From Malacoraja senta (lineage: Eukaryota), in the NCBI GenBank assembly GCA_038087875.1, contig JAXLNO010000051.1, forward strand, positions 682,001 to 746,000: a DNA stretch of 64,000 nucleotides. The letters are read 5' to 3'. Below the pieces are notes generated by a model. The model saw only the letters and a list, made by a program, of their open reading frames with translations, was not told where the DNA came from and searched no databases. The position numbers and the translations under genes are program-made. Each line of letters opens with the position of its first letter. Positions within the stretch are counted from its first letter, which is position 1. Shown here piece after piece: positions 50,169-64,000 of the stretch.

Positions 50169-52379
50169 GGGTCCTCTCCGGGGCCTCGGAACAGGGAAGA
50201 TGCTGCTGCTCCTTCATCTCCTCCTCAGACCATCACAACCCCCAGGAATCGGTGTCAGTGAGGAGTGGGCTCTGGAGTGGATCACTGACAGTAATATTGA
50301 TCTGGGAGGCCATTTAGACCATCTCCCTCATCCTTCTTGTTGTCTGTCTCCATCTGACAACTTTCCCCAGCTTTGAGGAAAGAATATTAACCTGAAACAT
50401 TCACCCAGTTTCTCCCTCCACAGATGCTGCCTGTCTTCCTGATTATCTTCAACAACGTATTATTTTTTTCCTTGCGTGGTTTTGCAGCAGCCACTGGGTG
50501 CTGCTTGCCTGCTCCTGACTTCAGTGTGGGGGAAGCCCATGATAGTCACTGTCTTCATTTCCTCAAATGTAGACACTGATGCCTGTTGGCTGGGAGCTGC
50601 AATCTTGAATCTTGACAGGCACCATTTTGGGTCTGGACCATTCGGGCAGATCATTCAGATCAGATCCAGATTCACCTTTATTGTCATTGTGCAGTGTACA
50701 GTACAGAGACAACGAAATGCAGTTAGCATCTCCCTAGAAGAGCGACATAAATATGAGCAGTAAATAAATAAATCTAATAAATCCTGGTGGGACGAGTGTC
50801 CGGGGGGGGGTGATGGGCAGTCACCGAGGTACAGTGTTGAGTAGTTAACCGCCGCAGGGAAGCAGCTGTTCCGGGACCTGCTGGTCCGGCAACGGAGAGA
50901 CCTGTAGCGCCTCCCGGATGGTAGGAGGGTAAACAGTCTGTGGTTGGGGTGAGAGCAGTCCTTGGCGATGCTGAGCGCCCTTCGCAGACAACGCTTGCTT
51001 TGGACAGACTCAATGGTGGGGAGTGAGGAACCGGTGAAGCGTTGGGCAATTTTCACCACCCTCTGCAGTGCTTTCCGGTCGGAGACAGAGCAGTTGCCAT
51101 ACCATACTGTGATGCAGTTGGTAAGGATGCTCTCGATGGTGCAGCGGTAGAAGTTCACCAGAATCTGAGGAGACAGATGCACCTTCTTTAGTCTCCTCAG
51201 GAAGAATAGAGGCTGGTGAGCCTTCTTGACCAGAGTTGTGGTATTGTGGGTCCAAGAGAGGTCATCGGAGATGTTGAGCCCCAGGAACCTGAAGCTGGAA
51301 ACACGTTCCACCTCCGTCCCGTTAATGTGGATGGGGGTATGCGTGCCGCCCCTAGTCTTCCTGAAGTCTACAATGAGCTCCTTGGTCTTCTTGGAGTTAA
51401 GGGCCAGGTTGTTGTCAGCGCACCATGCTGCTAGGAGCTGGACCTCCTCCCTATAGGCCGACTCATCGTTGTTGCTGATGAGGCCAATCACCGTTGTATC
51501 ATCTGCATTCTTGATGATGGTGTTAGTACCATGTACAGGTGTGCAGTCGTAGGTGAAAAGGGAGTAGAGGAGGGGGCTCAGCAAACAGCCCTGTGGAACG
51601 CCGGTGTTCGATGAACAGCATTCTTACGTAAGTGTCTCTGTTGTCGAGGGGGGAGAGGGCGGAGTGAAGTGCCGTTGAGATGGCATCCTCCGTACTCCTG
51701 TTCTTGCGGTAGGCAAACTGATAGGGATCCAATGTGGGGAGCAGGCAGCCTTTGAGGTGTGCCAGGACCAGCCTCTCGAAGCACTTGGCGATGATGGGAT
51801 TAAGTGCAACTGGGCGGAAGTCGTTGAGGCTTGCCGCAGTGGAGTGTTTTGGCACCGACACGATGGAGGTGCATTTAAGGCACGTGGGCACAACTGCTTG
51901 GGCAAGTGACAGGTTGAAGATGTCAGTCCAGACGTCTGTCAGCTGCGCAGCACAGGCCCTGAGGACGCGCCAGGGGATGCCGTCGGGGCCAGCAGCCTTA
52001 CGTGCATTAGTCCTACTCAGTGCCACGTACACGTCGTAGGGGGTGGCCTGCATTTTAAATGCAGTTTCCTCTCTTACTGTGATATGGTTTATTACTTCTT
52101 AGAATCAATTATATGTTGATCTTTCTCGAATGTAATTAACAGCATTTTTTTCAACCCTTGAAAAATATTCTGAGTGAAGAAATATCTAATTTCTATCCTG
52201 AAGATGTTACCCTTTATTTTAAGTTGTTGATACTTTATCCTGGAATTGTCTTGTATTAAATGAACAATTGATATTATAAAATCTGTTTTGGAATAAATAT
52301 CGGATGATTACACATTATGCACCAGAGTGTATCAGGTACAATGTTTGGTTTTCCAGGATGCTGACAAGTTCAAAGACAC
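50159..52379 (+). pseudogene. PRDM9: Mirror copy of the truncated PRDM9 5' duplicate, interrupted by Rex1
   Basis: TTCCAG|GATGCTGACAAGTTCAAAGAC at ~52351-52378. Reverse complement of 20367-21201. Confidence 0.7.
50654..52046 (-). mobile_element. Rex1/Babar LINE, 5'-truncated with an internal RT deletion, right arm only
   Basis: '[17 protein letters not shown]', '[36 protein letters not shown]'. Absent at the mirror site ~20700-20710. Confidence 0.9.
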
Positions 52380-52884
52380 GCACACACACACTGGCAAAGA
52401 CTGGCCGTCAGGATATTCTGCTGTCATAACTTATTCAAGCTCAAAGTTGAACCGCCAGGGAGAAATCTGCACTGTCAGCACTGCTTAAGGCAAATGTGAA
52501 CTGCCGAAAGAAGCCTGTGGTCACCATAATTCCTCCTTCGAAGATCACAGGACTAAGTTGTTGAGGCAAGCCCGAGATCACCAGCATCTTGCCTTACAGC
52601 GCCAGTGACCCAGGTTCGATACCGAATATGGGTGCTTGTCTGTACGGAGTTTGTACCTTCTTCTCGTGACCTGTGTGTGTTTTCCCTGAGATCTTCTGTT
52701 TCCTCCCACACTAAAGAGGTACAGTTTGCAGGTTAATAGGCTTTGTATAAATGTAAATTGTCCCCAGTGTGTGTAGAATAGTTTCCATGCTGTATCTCTA
52801 AACTAAACTGAAAAACTACACACTTTCCTTGTGCCTTCAACCTCCCAAAGAGCAACACCTCACACTTGCTCGGTTTAAACTCTG

Positions 52885-53400
52885 TCCAAGCAGTCGTTCC
52901 AGGTGCGACAGACGTTCACCTGCACCTCCTCCAACCTCATCTATTGCATCCGCTGCTCTAGATGTCAGCTGATCTACATCGGTGAGACCAAGCGTATACT
53001 AGGCGATCGCTTTGCCAAACACCTCCGCTCGGTCCGCAATAACCAACCTGATTTCTCGGTGGCTCAGCGCTTCAACTCCCCCACCCATTCCGAATCCGAC
53101 CTTTCTGTCCTGGACCTCCTCCATGGCCAGAGTGAGGACCACCAGAAATTGGAACAGCACCTCATATTTTGCTTGGGCAGTTTGTACCCCAGCTGCATGA
53201 ACATTGAGTTCTCCAATTTCAGGTAGCCCTTACTGTCTCCTCCCCTTCTCAGCTCTCCCTCAGCCCTCTGACTCCTCCTCTTCCTTTCTTCTTCCTGCCC
53301 CCACCCTACATCAGTCTGAAGAAGAGTTTCGGCCCGAAGCGTTGCCTATTTCCTTCACTCCATAGATGCCGCCGCACTTGCTGAGTTTCTCCAACATTTT
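52885..53400 (+). mobile_element. Penelope GIY-YIG remnant plus pseudo-LTR (mirror copy)
   Basis: 107-aa ORF 52903-53226 with LIY..IYIGET. Confidence 0.9.
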
Positions 53401-53874
53401 TATCTACCTGCCATTTATCCGCCAATTTCTGCATCTGATCCTCATCCCGCCATATCTTCCTCACTGTCTGCAACTCCTCCAATCTTGGTGTCGTCAGCAG
53501 ACTCACTCAGCCACAGATCGCCAGCATCTTCACACATGCGCTCTGATGGAGGGACAGCGAATCCTGGACATTTTTGCCGCTGTAAATAGAATAAAACACC
53601 TGAGTTCACCGTGATATTGTGAATGTCGGAGTGATCACTGCGAACCCAGCTCTCTTTAAACGCCACGCACCCTATCTACTCATACTGCCTCCTTCAGTGA
53701 GATCACAACCTGGACCCTAAGATCCCACTGCACATCAATTCTGTCAATGAATAAGGGTCTTGACCTGAAACGTCACCCATTCCTTCTATGTCAAGAATGA
53801 ATATTGCTTTCTTTAACTTCAAGTACACCTGCGCTCGCTCTCTGTCCATCCCGCCCCCACCAAAGTCACACCAG

Positions 53875-54600
53875 CTTGAAATCTTGAATTTTCATGGCTT
53901 TTTACGTCTTGAATTTTCGTGGTTTTAACGTCTTGAATTTTCGTGGCTTTTCATGTCGAATTTTCGTGGCTTTTCATGTCTTCAATTTTCATCGTTTTTC
54001 ATGCCTTGAATTTTCGTAGATTTTCGCGCCTTGAATTTTCGTGGCTTTTCATGTCTTGAATTTTCGTGGCTTTTCACGTCTTGATTTTCGTGGCTTTTCA
54101 CGTCTTGAATTGTCATTGCGTTTCATGTCTTGAATTTTCGTGGCTTTCAACCTCTTGAATTTTCATGGCTTTTCACGTCTTGAATAATTGATTTTCACGT
54201 CTTGAAATTTCGTGGCTTTTCAAGTCTTGAATTTTTGTGGGGGTTTTTCACGTCTTGAATTTTTGGGGATATTCATGTCTTGAATATTCTTGTCTTTTCA
54301 TGTCTTGAATTTTCGTGGCTTTTCATGTCTTGAATTTTCTTGGCTTTTCATGTGTTGAATCTTTGTGGCTTTTCATGTCTTGAATTGTCGTGGCTTTTCA
54401 TGTCTTTATTTTTCGTGGCATTTCACGTCATGAATTTTCGTGGCTTTTCACATCTTGAATTTTGTGGCTTTTCAAGTTTTGAAACGCCGTTGCCTTTTAC
54501 GTTTAGAATTTTTGTGACTTTTAACGTCTTCAATTTTCGTGGCTTTTAACGTCATGAATTTTTGTGGCTTTTTCACGTCTTGAATTTTCGTGGCTTTTCA
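53875..54600 (-). repeat. 25-bp minisatellite variant (mirror copy)
   Basis: TCTTGAATTTTCGTGGCTTTTCATG units. Confidence 0.9.
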
Positions 54601-56119
54601 TGACCCGAAACATCACCCATTCCTTCTCGCCAACACCTAGAACAATTTGAAGAAATTCCACATCACATCAATCAACTGGGAGTGCATTGCACTAGACATG
54701 CATTCCTGCAGGAAGTCCGTGCAGGAATGAGCTGCACTTCACGAAATGGAACCACGCTGTGTCGCAGAGACAAAGCGACAGCAGCGTAAGGAGAGAGAGA
54801 AGGAGGCTCGACAACAACCAACCGCCGCCAGTCTCCACTGCCCATGTTGCACCAAGGTGTGTGGGTCGTGGATCGGCCTTTACAGACGTCTGCAGACCCA
54901 CAGGTGGACGACCCTATGGAGAGGACAGTCATACTCGTTTCGAGTGACCGCCGATGATCACACAAGAGAGACAATTTAAACTGTTATGCCAAGCCATTTA
55001 TGTATATAATGTAAATAAATGAGCTGGACATCAATGTTGATTGGTTAAGTTTAATTTCGAGATACAGTGCGGAGACAGACCCTTCCGTCCACCGAATCCG
55101 CACCGAGGATGCTGGTTTACACCGAAGATAGACACAAAAGCCGGCATAACCCAGCGGGGCTCGCAGCATATCTGGAGAAAAGATGACGTTTTGGGTCGAG
55201 ACCCTTCTTTAGACTGAGAGGCAGGTGAAAGGGAAACGAGAGGTATGGGAAGGTACAGAACAAATCAGGCCGAAACAATGGCCCAGGAAAGGTGGAGCGC
55301 ACAATGGTCTATTGTTGGTCATGGAAGAGATACAAACAGGGAAACTAGCAGAACAATAAAGTGGTGGAGCAACAGAGAGAGGGAAAGCAAGGGTTACTTG
55401 ACGTTACAGAAGTCAATGTTCATACCGCTGGGATGTAAGCTGCCCAAGCGAAATATGAGGTGCTATTCTTCCAATTCAGTTGTTTGTAACTATGAAACAC
55501 CAGTATGCAGCTAGCTATCCAGTGTGTAGCCATGTATCTAGCTACATAGTTATCCAGTTGGTAGCTCAGCCTCGGTAGCTACCAAGCTGTCCAGTATGTA
55601 GCTCAGTTTTGCTATCGACCTAACTATCCAGTATGTAGCCATTTAGCTATCTACCTAGTTATACAGGATGTAGCCATCTAGCTGGCTCAATTGTGATCAT
55701 ATTTTGTCTTTCTGCTAACTGGTTAGCACCGACTAAAACTTTTTCACTGTACCTCGGTACACGTGAGAATAAATTAATGAGAGGGAAAGAATTATATGAG
55801 ATTGTTACGTGGATTGATGTAACAACACTCCAGTTGTTGTTGTAAAGCTTCAGTTGTTGTTGCTCAGATTGTATTGCTCCTTTGCAGGTGCTCTCCCCTA
55901 AATCTACCCTAAATTTACAGATGCCTTCCCTACTGCACCATTTAAAGGTGCCCTCTAATTCACCATTTACAGATGCCCTCCTAATTCACCATTTAAAGGT
56001 GCCCTCCCCTAAACCCTCCTCCCATTTACATGCCCTCCCCTAAATCAACATTTACAGGTGCCCTTCCCTAAAACCCACCTATTTCTAGGCACCCTCCCCT
56101 ATATGTAGCCATCCTGTCA

Positions 56120-59100
56120 TTTTACTTAGGAGTCACGTGAGTGACTACGTGAAGAAGACTCCGTCCAGGCGCACACGCGTCATATCGTCAGATGCATAGC
56201 GGCAGCGACCGTGTTGGGATGAGCAGAGCCCCTCCAAGCGGTGCGTGCAAAAAGCCTCAAGGTAAGTGGTTTCACCTTCGCTTTCAGGTCGCTTTCTTCC
56301 GGGAGACTTTGTGCTGTGTGCTAGACAAGTCTAATATGGAGAAAGTGCGAAAAGGCAAAGGGAGGCGTACCGCAGGTAAACCTCAAGAGGACCGCGGGTC
56401 TGAGAGTAGCGGGCGCCCGATTAAAGAGTCAGTGGCAGAAAAGCCAGCGACTGCAGAAACGGCAACTAAAAGTACCGTTGCAGCACCTTTAGGGTGCAAG
56501 GCCAAAATAAAAACGGATCGGCCAGTAGACTCGGAAGAGTCAGACACGGAGGTTACCCCACCTCAGGAAGACATTATGTCTACTCGGGTCGCTAACCTGG
56601 AATTCCTCATGGGGAAAATGATTTATCAGGACACACTCCAGGAAAAGTACAGTCTGGCTTTGGCCTACAGGAGAGCCAGCGCAGGGAGTGCCTGGAAAAG
56701 GTGGGGTTCAGCGTTGGCCTACAGGAGAGCCAGCATCAGTAATGTCTCACGAAAGACAATATATGAGTTGGCCTACAGGAGAGCCAGCACCAGCAGTGTC
56801 TGAGGAAAGACAATTCATGCGTTGGCCTACAGGAGAGCCAGCGCCAGCAGCACCTAAAAAAGGGCTGCCAATACGTAGGCCTACCGGAGAGCCCACGAGG
56901 GGAGCACTTGCAAAAGGGTTTAATATGCATAGGGCTACGGGAGAGCCAGCGCTAGAAACACCTGAAGCAGGGATATCAGTTCAGCCCCACTATGAGGAGG
57001 AATTTCCAGGACAGCAAGATTCGGATCATGAATCATACGAGGACCAAATTCCAGTAACATAGCCCAGAATACCAGGTTTGGCCCAAAAATTCTCCGTTCC
57101 CAGTCTGAAAGGGGAACCTTTGGCAGAGGAAATAGCAATGACAATAAATTACTTGCTCTCCCATCAGCTGGAGGAACTGACTATGGACGAGACTGTCAGA
57201 AAATATGAAACCCCGCAGAATTGCGCACTGCTAGCAGTCCCAGCAGTAAATAGTGTAATATGGGGCTATTTGGGCATTGCAGTACGCGCACAAGAAATGA
57301 AATTACAGCGGGTGTTGAAGTTGCTGGGGTCAGGTATTACGGCTTTTGCCAGAGGCTTGGATGAGGAGCACGTGTCTGTCACAACAGGATGCCTTAGCAC
57401 TTATGTGTAATGCGCACTTTGAAATAAACTGTATTCGTAAAAGTGCTATAAGGCCTAACATACATCCTAAGTTTGCGGGGTCTGTAAACCAACTAATATT
57501 CAATTGCCTAATCTGCTTTTTGGAGAGAATCTAGCCAAAAAGGTGAAAGACCTGAAAGAAGAAGCAAGAACCGTGGGAATGATCAAACCACCGTTACTTG
57601 GCAGATCTGTTTGAAGGTAATTTCCCTACTGAAGCGTCGTGACTTGGGCCGGTGAAGGAACAAGTCGGTCGTTCCCATATACTCGTTATTGGCGCACTGC
57701 TCCTGGGACACGTGGAGGTTACAGTGTTCCCACTAAGAGCAGGGGACAACATTTGAAACCAGCAAACCCTGATGTAGGTGGGTCTAGTCCTGGAAGAAAC
57801 ATATCAAGTGTTTCACATTTGCAAATTGGGGTTACAATTCTTCCTAAAAGAATGGCAAAAAATAACATCTGATGCGTTTATACTGTGCAGTATTATGGGG
57901 TTCAGAATTGAATTCTACCCATATTTGGATCCTCCTACACAACATGTTTCAAGTCGGACACGTATTTTCTCAAAAGAAGAGAATATGGACATTCAAGCAG
58001 AACTTGAAATATTGTGTGGGAAAGGGGTCATTGAAAAGTCAGTTCACCAACAGCCCCAATTTGTGTGAAGCATTTTTCCTAGAGCAAAAAAGGATGGTGG
58101 CTGTGGAATTATTCTCGATCTGACAAGTCTTAACCCTTTTGTACAGCATAGCTATACAGCTAATTTCAAGAAAATACTATATGCCTAGCATAGAGCTGCA
58201 AGATGCATGTTACTCTGTGGCTGTGCATGGAAATGATCGAAAATACTTAAAGTTTAACTGGATGAACCAATTATGGCAGTTTAAAGCATTGGCTAACGGG
58301 TTAAGCTCAGCCCATAGACTATTTACAAAATTGTTAAAACCAATCTTAGCTTTGCTAAGAGCTCAGGGCCATTTGGTAAAGGCTTATTTGGATGATATTT
58401 TAATTGTGGGTAACACTCGGTCTACAACAGAAGCATCGGTGTCAATAGTCAAGCTCTCATTTGAGAGGCTGGGGTTTGTGATACATCTAGATAAATCCAA
58501 ATTGTCACCAAGCACAGTAATTGATTACTTGGGGTTCACTATTAATTCAGAACACATGATAGTGACTTTGCCGAAGGATAAAAAGCTGCAGTTAATTTAG
58601 GGTTGTATCAAGCTCATTACACAGCTTCAACCATCAATTAGGCAAGTGACAAGCTTGCTTGGCAAACTAATTGCTTCATTTCCAGCTGTGCAGTTTGGTC
58701 CACTTCATTATCAGCAACTGCAGTGAGCAAAGGTACAAGCGTTGAGGAGACATTTAGGGCATTTTGATAGACCCATGCAATTACCAGTAACAGCTATTAC
58801 TGAAATACAATGGTGGATCAGGAGTGTCTCATATGCTTCCAGGGAAATTCTGGTTGAAACACCTGCTATAATTCTGCAGACTGAGGAGCTACTTATACTA
58901 TTTCCAGCGGTGGAGGTAGATGGAATGTGGAAGAAGTACCTTTGCTCCAAGCACATGGGATCAATTACCTAGAACTGTTATGTACATTTTATGGGCTTAA
59001 AGCTTATTGCTCTAATGTGCAAAACGTGCATGTACAGGTTCAGATTGACAACACTACGGCTGTAGCGTATGTTATTCACATGGGTGTAATCAAGTCAGAA

Positions 59101-61110
59101 TCTTGTGATAGATTGGCAAACGTTATCTGAAACTGGTGTATTAGCAGAAACATTTGGCTTTCGGCAATCTACCTACCAGGTAGATTCAACATAATCGCAG
59201 ACATCAGGTCACGTAAATTCAATGAAAATACAGAATGGATGTTAAACCGTGACAACTTTAATAACATTGTTGCGCAACTTGGGATGCCAGAAATTAACTT
59301 GTTTGCATCAAGACTTAACAACCAATTACCTAATATGTTTCATGGGAACCAGATCCTGGTGCAACAGCGGTGGATGCATTCTCGCTACATTGGGGTGGAA
59401 TGATTTTGTATGCATTTCCTCCATTTTGTCTCATTAATAGGTGTCTACAAAAGATCAAGCAGGACTCCGCTTCAGGAGTGTTGGTGGTACCAGATTGGCC
59501 TACACAACCATGGTACCCACTGGTGTTAAAAAATGATCACAAAGCCTCTTATGGTTATTCCTAAACAAGAAAACCTACTTGTGCACCCTGTAACTGGTGA
59601 TTCGCATCCTTTACATGATCGTATTCGTTTGTTGATTTGCAGGTTCCAAGGAGGCCATATCTCGGAAGAGGACTATCAGAGCGTACGGTGGATGTTATTG
59701 CAGCAACCTGGAAGAATAGTACCCAAAAGCAGTACATTTCTTACATAAGAAAAAGGGAGGTTTTGCTTAAGGCAGAATATTTCGTATCACACTGCAAACA
59801 TCCCAGATGTGTTAGAGTTTCTGTCAACTCTCTATTTTGATTTGAAATTAAGTTATAGTGTAATCAATACTGCAAGAAGTGCCGTCTCTGCATATCTATG
59901 GAGGGAGTCAGAACAATATCTTGGAGGATCACACCCTTTGGTCTGTAGGTTTATGAAGGGAATTTTCAATTCCAAGCCTCCTAGACCCAGGTGTACAGAA
60001 ATCTGGAATGAGAGGGATGTGCTGATGTTACTTCGTCAATGGACTCCAATTTCAGCTCTGTCTTTGGCCAAGGTTACCATTATGCTCATGGCACTAGTTT
60101 CAGCACAGAGAGTGCAGACATTGCAGAAATTACGAATAAATAGGATGGTAGTGCCAGCAGATGCCGTTACATTCTATGTCTATGATTTACTCAAACAGAG
60201 CAGACCTGGAGTCACGGGGTGTAAGTTGGTTTTTTCAGCATATCCTACGGACCCAAGACTATGTGTAGTGTCACATTTAAGATGTTACATTAAAGCCACC
60301 AGGAACTTAAGAGGTGCAGAATCAGCATTCTTTATCAGCCATAAAAAAAAACACATAAGCAAGTGTCAGTGCAGACTATCTCAAGGTGGCTGAAGCAGGT
60401 GCTGGTTGATGCCGGGATTGATACTGACAAATTTAAATCTCATTCCCCCAGGGCGGCATCAACATCGGCGACCAGGGATTTGGACGTCCCAATAGACCAT
60501 ATCCTCGCGGCCGCAGGATGGGCAGGTGAACGGAGTATTCGTTTCACAAGTATTACCATAAAGAGATTGCAGAACCTAAGGTATTTGGTGGTGCTGTTTT
60601 GGATTCAGTGTTAAGTTCCCCTCTGGGATGAAGGGGTAACAATTTTGTTGTGATAAATAAACCATTAACTGATTGCATCAATGTTATGGTTATATATTAT
60701 TGATTGTTTTCAATCATTCAGAGTCCATCAATGCAGTGAGACGCCTGTATTTGAATCTATGGCATGAAATCGTAGAGCTTTGAAATCTTCACGTAGTCAC
60801 TCACGTGACTCCGGAGTAAAATAGTGAGATTAAACGAGAACTTACCAGTTTGAAGTTTGATCTTTATTTTATGAATAGTTACGATGACGGACTACGTGCC
60901 CTCCGCTCCCACCCTCATAAAGATCAGAAGTTATGTTTTTCTCACTTATCTTACTATTATGCTTCAGTAATTATTATCTGTGATTTCACACCGCTGCTTT
61001 GAAGATTGATGCGTGTGTGCCTGGACGGGGTCTTCTGCACGTAGTCCCTCATCGAAACTCCTCATAAAATAAAGATCAAACTGGTAAGTTCTCTTTTAAT
61101 CTCACTATCT
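56120..61110 (+). mobile_element. DIRS1 retrotransposon (mirror of 10345-15364), frameshifted
   Basis: Same gag/RT(YLDD)/RH/MT/YR fragments, ITRs and ICR (~60785-60900). Confidence 0.95.
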
Positions 61111-64000
61111 TGTCGCTTTTCATGTCCTGAATTTACGTCGCCTTTGGCGTTTTGAATTTTCGTCGCCTTTCGCATCCTGAATTTTCATCACTTTTCGCGT
61201 GGTGAATTTTCGTTGCTGGTCACGTCCTGAATTTTCGTCGCTTTTCACGTCCTGAAGGTTCGTCACTTTTTGTATGCCGAAATTTTGTCACTTTTCGTGT
61301 CCTGAAATGTTGTCGCTTCATGCGTCCTGGACTTTTGTCGCTTTTTGTACCCTGAATTTTCGTCGTTTTTCACGTGCTGAATTTTCGTCGCTGTATGCCT
61401 CCTGGTTTTTCGTCGCTTTTCGCGTCCTGAATTTTCGTCGCTTTTCATATGCTGAATTTTCGTCGCTTTTCACGTGCTGAATTTTTGTAGCTTTTCACAT
61501 GCTGAATTTTAGTCGCTTTACACGTGCTGAATTTTCATCGCTTTTCACGTTCTGAAATTTTGTCACTTTTCCGTGCTGAATTTTCGTCGCTTTTCACATC
61601 CTGAAAGTTCGTCGCTTTTCGCGTGCTGAATTTTCGTCACTTTTCATGTGCTGAATTTTCGTCGCTTTTTGTGCACTGAAAATTAGTTGCATTTCACGTC
61701 CTGAATTTTTGTCACATTTCATGTCCTGAATTTTCGTCACTTTTATCATCGCCACGAATTATTTTCGCCATGAATTATCATCGCTTTTTGCATCCAGAAG
61801 GTTCGTCGGTTTTCGTGTGCTTAATTTTCGTCGCTTTTCACATGCTGAAATGTTGTCGCTTTTCCTGTGCTGAAATTTTGTAGCTTATCGCGTCCTGTAA
61901 TTTCGACGCTTTATGCATCCTGAAATTTCGCGTGCTGAATTTTCGTCGCTTTTGGCATCCTGAACGTTCGTCACTTTTCATGTGCTGAAAATTTCGTCGC
62001 ATTTTGCGTGCTGAGTGTTTGTAGCTTTTCGCATGCTGAATTTTCGGCGTTTTTCACGTCCTTCATTTATGTTGCTTTTCGCGTGCTTCATTTTCATCGC
62101 TTTTCGTGGCCTGAAGGTTCGTCACTTTTCGCATGCTGAATTTTCGTTGCATTCCTCATGTTGAATTTTCATCGATTTTCGTATGCTGAATTTTCGCCGC
62201 TTTTCACGTTCTGAAATTTCGTCACATTTCGCGTGCTGAATTTTCGCATCCTGAACTTTCGTCGCTTTTCACATGCTGAATTATCATTGCTTTTCGCAGG
62301 CTGAATTGTCGTCACTTTTCACGTCCTGTTATTTCGTCGCTTTCTGCGTCCTGTTGTTTCATCGCATTTCGCGTCCTGAATTTACGTTGGTTTTAACGTG
62401 CATCATTTTCATCGCTTTTCACGTCCTTAAGGTTCCTCTCTTTTCGCGTGCTGAAATGTTGTCGCTTTTCGCTTGCTGAATTTTCGTCACATTTCGTGTG
62501 CTGAAATTTTGTTGCTTTATTCGTTCTGAAATTTTGCCGCTTTATGCGTCCTGAATTTTCGTCGCTTTTCGCATGCTGTATTTTCATCGCTTTTCACGTT
62601 TTGAAATTTTGTCACTTTTCCGTGCTGAATTTTCGTCGCTTTTCACATCCTGAAAGTTCGTCGCTTTTCTCATGCTGAATTTTCGTCACTTTTCACGTGC
62701 TGAATTTTCGTCGCTTTTTGCGTCCTGAAAATTAGTAGCATTTCACTTCCTGAATTTTTGTCACATTTCATGTCCTGAATTATCGTCACTTTTAGCGTCC
62801 CGAATTTTCATCGCTTTTCGCATACTTTTCGTGTGCTGAATTTTCGTCGCTTTTGGCATCCTGAACGTTCGTCACTTTTCATGTGCTGAAAATTTCGTCG
62901 CATTTTGCGTGCTGAGTGTTTGTAGCGTTTCGCATGCTGAATTTTCGTCGTTTTTCACGTCCTTCATTTATGTTGCTTTTCGCGGGCTTCATTTTCATCG
63001 CTTTTCGTGGCCTGAAGGTTCGTCACTTTTCGCATGCTGAATTTTCGTTGCATTCCTCATGCTGAATTTTCATCGATTTTCGTATGCTGAATTTTCGCCG
63101 CTTTTCACGTTCTGAAATTTCGTCACATTTCGCGTGCTGAATTTTCGCATCCTGAACTTTCGTCGCTTTTCGCATGCTGAATTATCATTGCTTTTCGCAG
63201 GCTGATTTGTCGTAGCTTTTCGCGTGCTGAAATTTCGTCACTTTTCACGTCCTGTTATTTCGTCGCTTTCTGCATCCTGTTGTTTCATCGCATTTCGCGT
63301 CCTGAATTTACGTTGGTTTTAACGTGCATCATATTCATCGCTTTTCACGTCCTTAAGGTTCCTCTCTTTTCGCGTGCTGAAATGTTGTCGCTTTTCGCTT
63401 GCTGAATTTTCGTCGCATTTCGTGTGCTGAAATGTTGTTGCTTTATTCGTTCTGAAATTTTGCCGCTTTATGCGTCCTGAATTTTCGTCGCTTTTCGCAT
63501 GCTGAATTTTCATCGCTTTTCACGTTTTGAAATTATATCACTTTTCCATGCTGAATTTTCGTCGCTTTTCACATCCTGAAAGTTCGTCGCTTTTCTCATG
63601 CTGAATTTCAGTCACTTTTCACGTGCTGAATTTTCGTCGCTTTTTGCGTCCTGAAAATGAGTAGCATTTCACTTCCTGAATTTTTGTCACATTTCATGTC
63701 CTGAATTATCGTGACTTTTAGCGTCCCGAATTTTCATCGCTTTTCGCATACTTTTCGTGTGCTGAATTTTCGTCGCTTTTCGCATGCTGAATTTTCGCCG
63801 CTTTTCACGTGCTTCATTTATGTCAGTTCGCATGCTTCATTTTCATCGCTTTTTGTGTCCTGAAGGTTCGTCACTTTTCGCATGCTGAAGTTTGATCGCT
63901 TTTCGCGTCCTGAAATGTCGTCACTTTTCGCATGCTGAATTTTCGCGTCCTGAAGGTACGTCGCTTTTCACGTGCTGAATTTTCGTTTGTTTTCGCGTGC
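61111..64000 (-). repeat. 25-bp satellite in reverse orientation
   Basis: GCTGAATTTTCGTCGCTTTTC units. A 926-bp higher-order offset is shown by the ORFs at 62393 and 63319. Confidence 0.97.

Noticed and set aside
50655..51584. 309-aa ORF as an active reverse transcriptase
   Set aside because: The motif reads NADD instead of Y/FADD, the RT has an internal deletion near 51610 and the element is 5'-truncated.

Overview
Repeat-dense vertebrate DNA. The repeats (CR1 with TAGAAACA/TCTAT tails, a V-SINE, DIRS1, Penelope, Rex1) suggest a cartilaginous fish, which is an inference. No intact cellular gene is visible. The window is a large imperfect inverted duplication. The left arm is 25-bp satellite (1-10345), a DIRS1 element, a TE patchwork, a bidirectional TATA/CpG promoter and a multi-exon PRDM9 pseudogene (to ~27063). 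It is mirrored at ~42091-64000. PRDM9 is recognisable from the ancestral KRAB exon, the following 'SDSDEDWTP' exon, the zinc knuckle and PR/SET exons. The two copies face inward, share some lesions and have private stops. Each arm also holds an older head-to-head duplicate of the PRDM9 5' end, so the window carries four PRDM9-derived copies. The spacer (27064-42090) holds CT/GA-rich DNA, CR1 pieces, a MITE, a 200-N gap and a third, decayed DIRS1 with a reconstructable 1.56-kb inversion. Caveat: the relative orientation of the two arms rests on the scaffold join across the gap.
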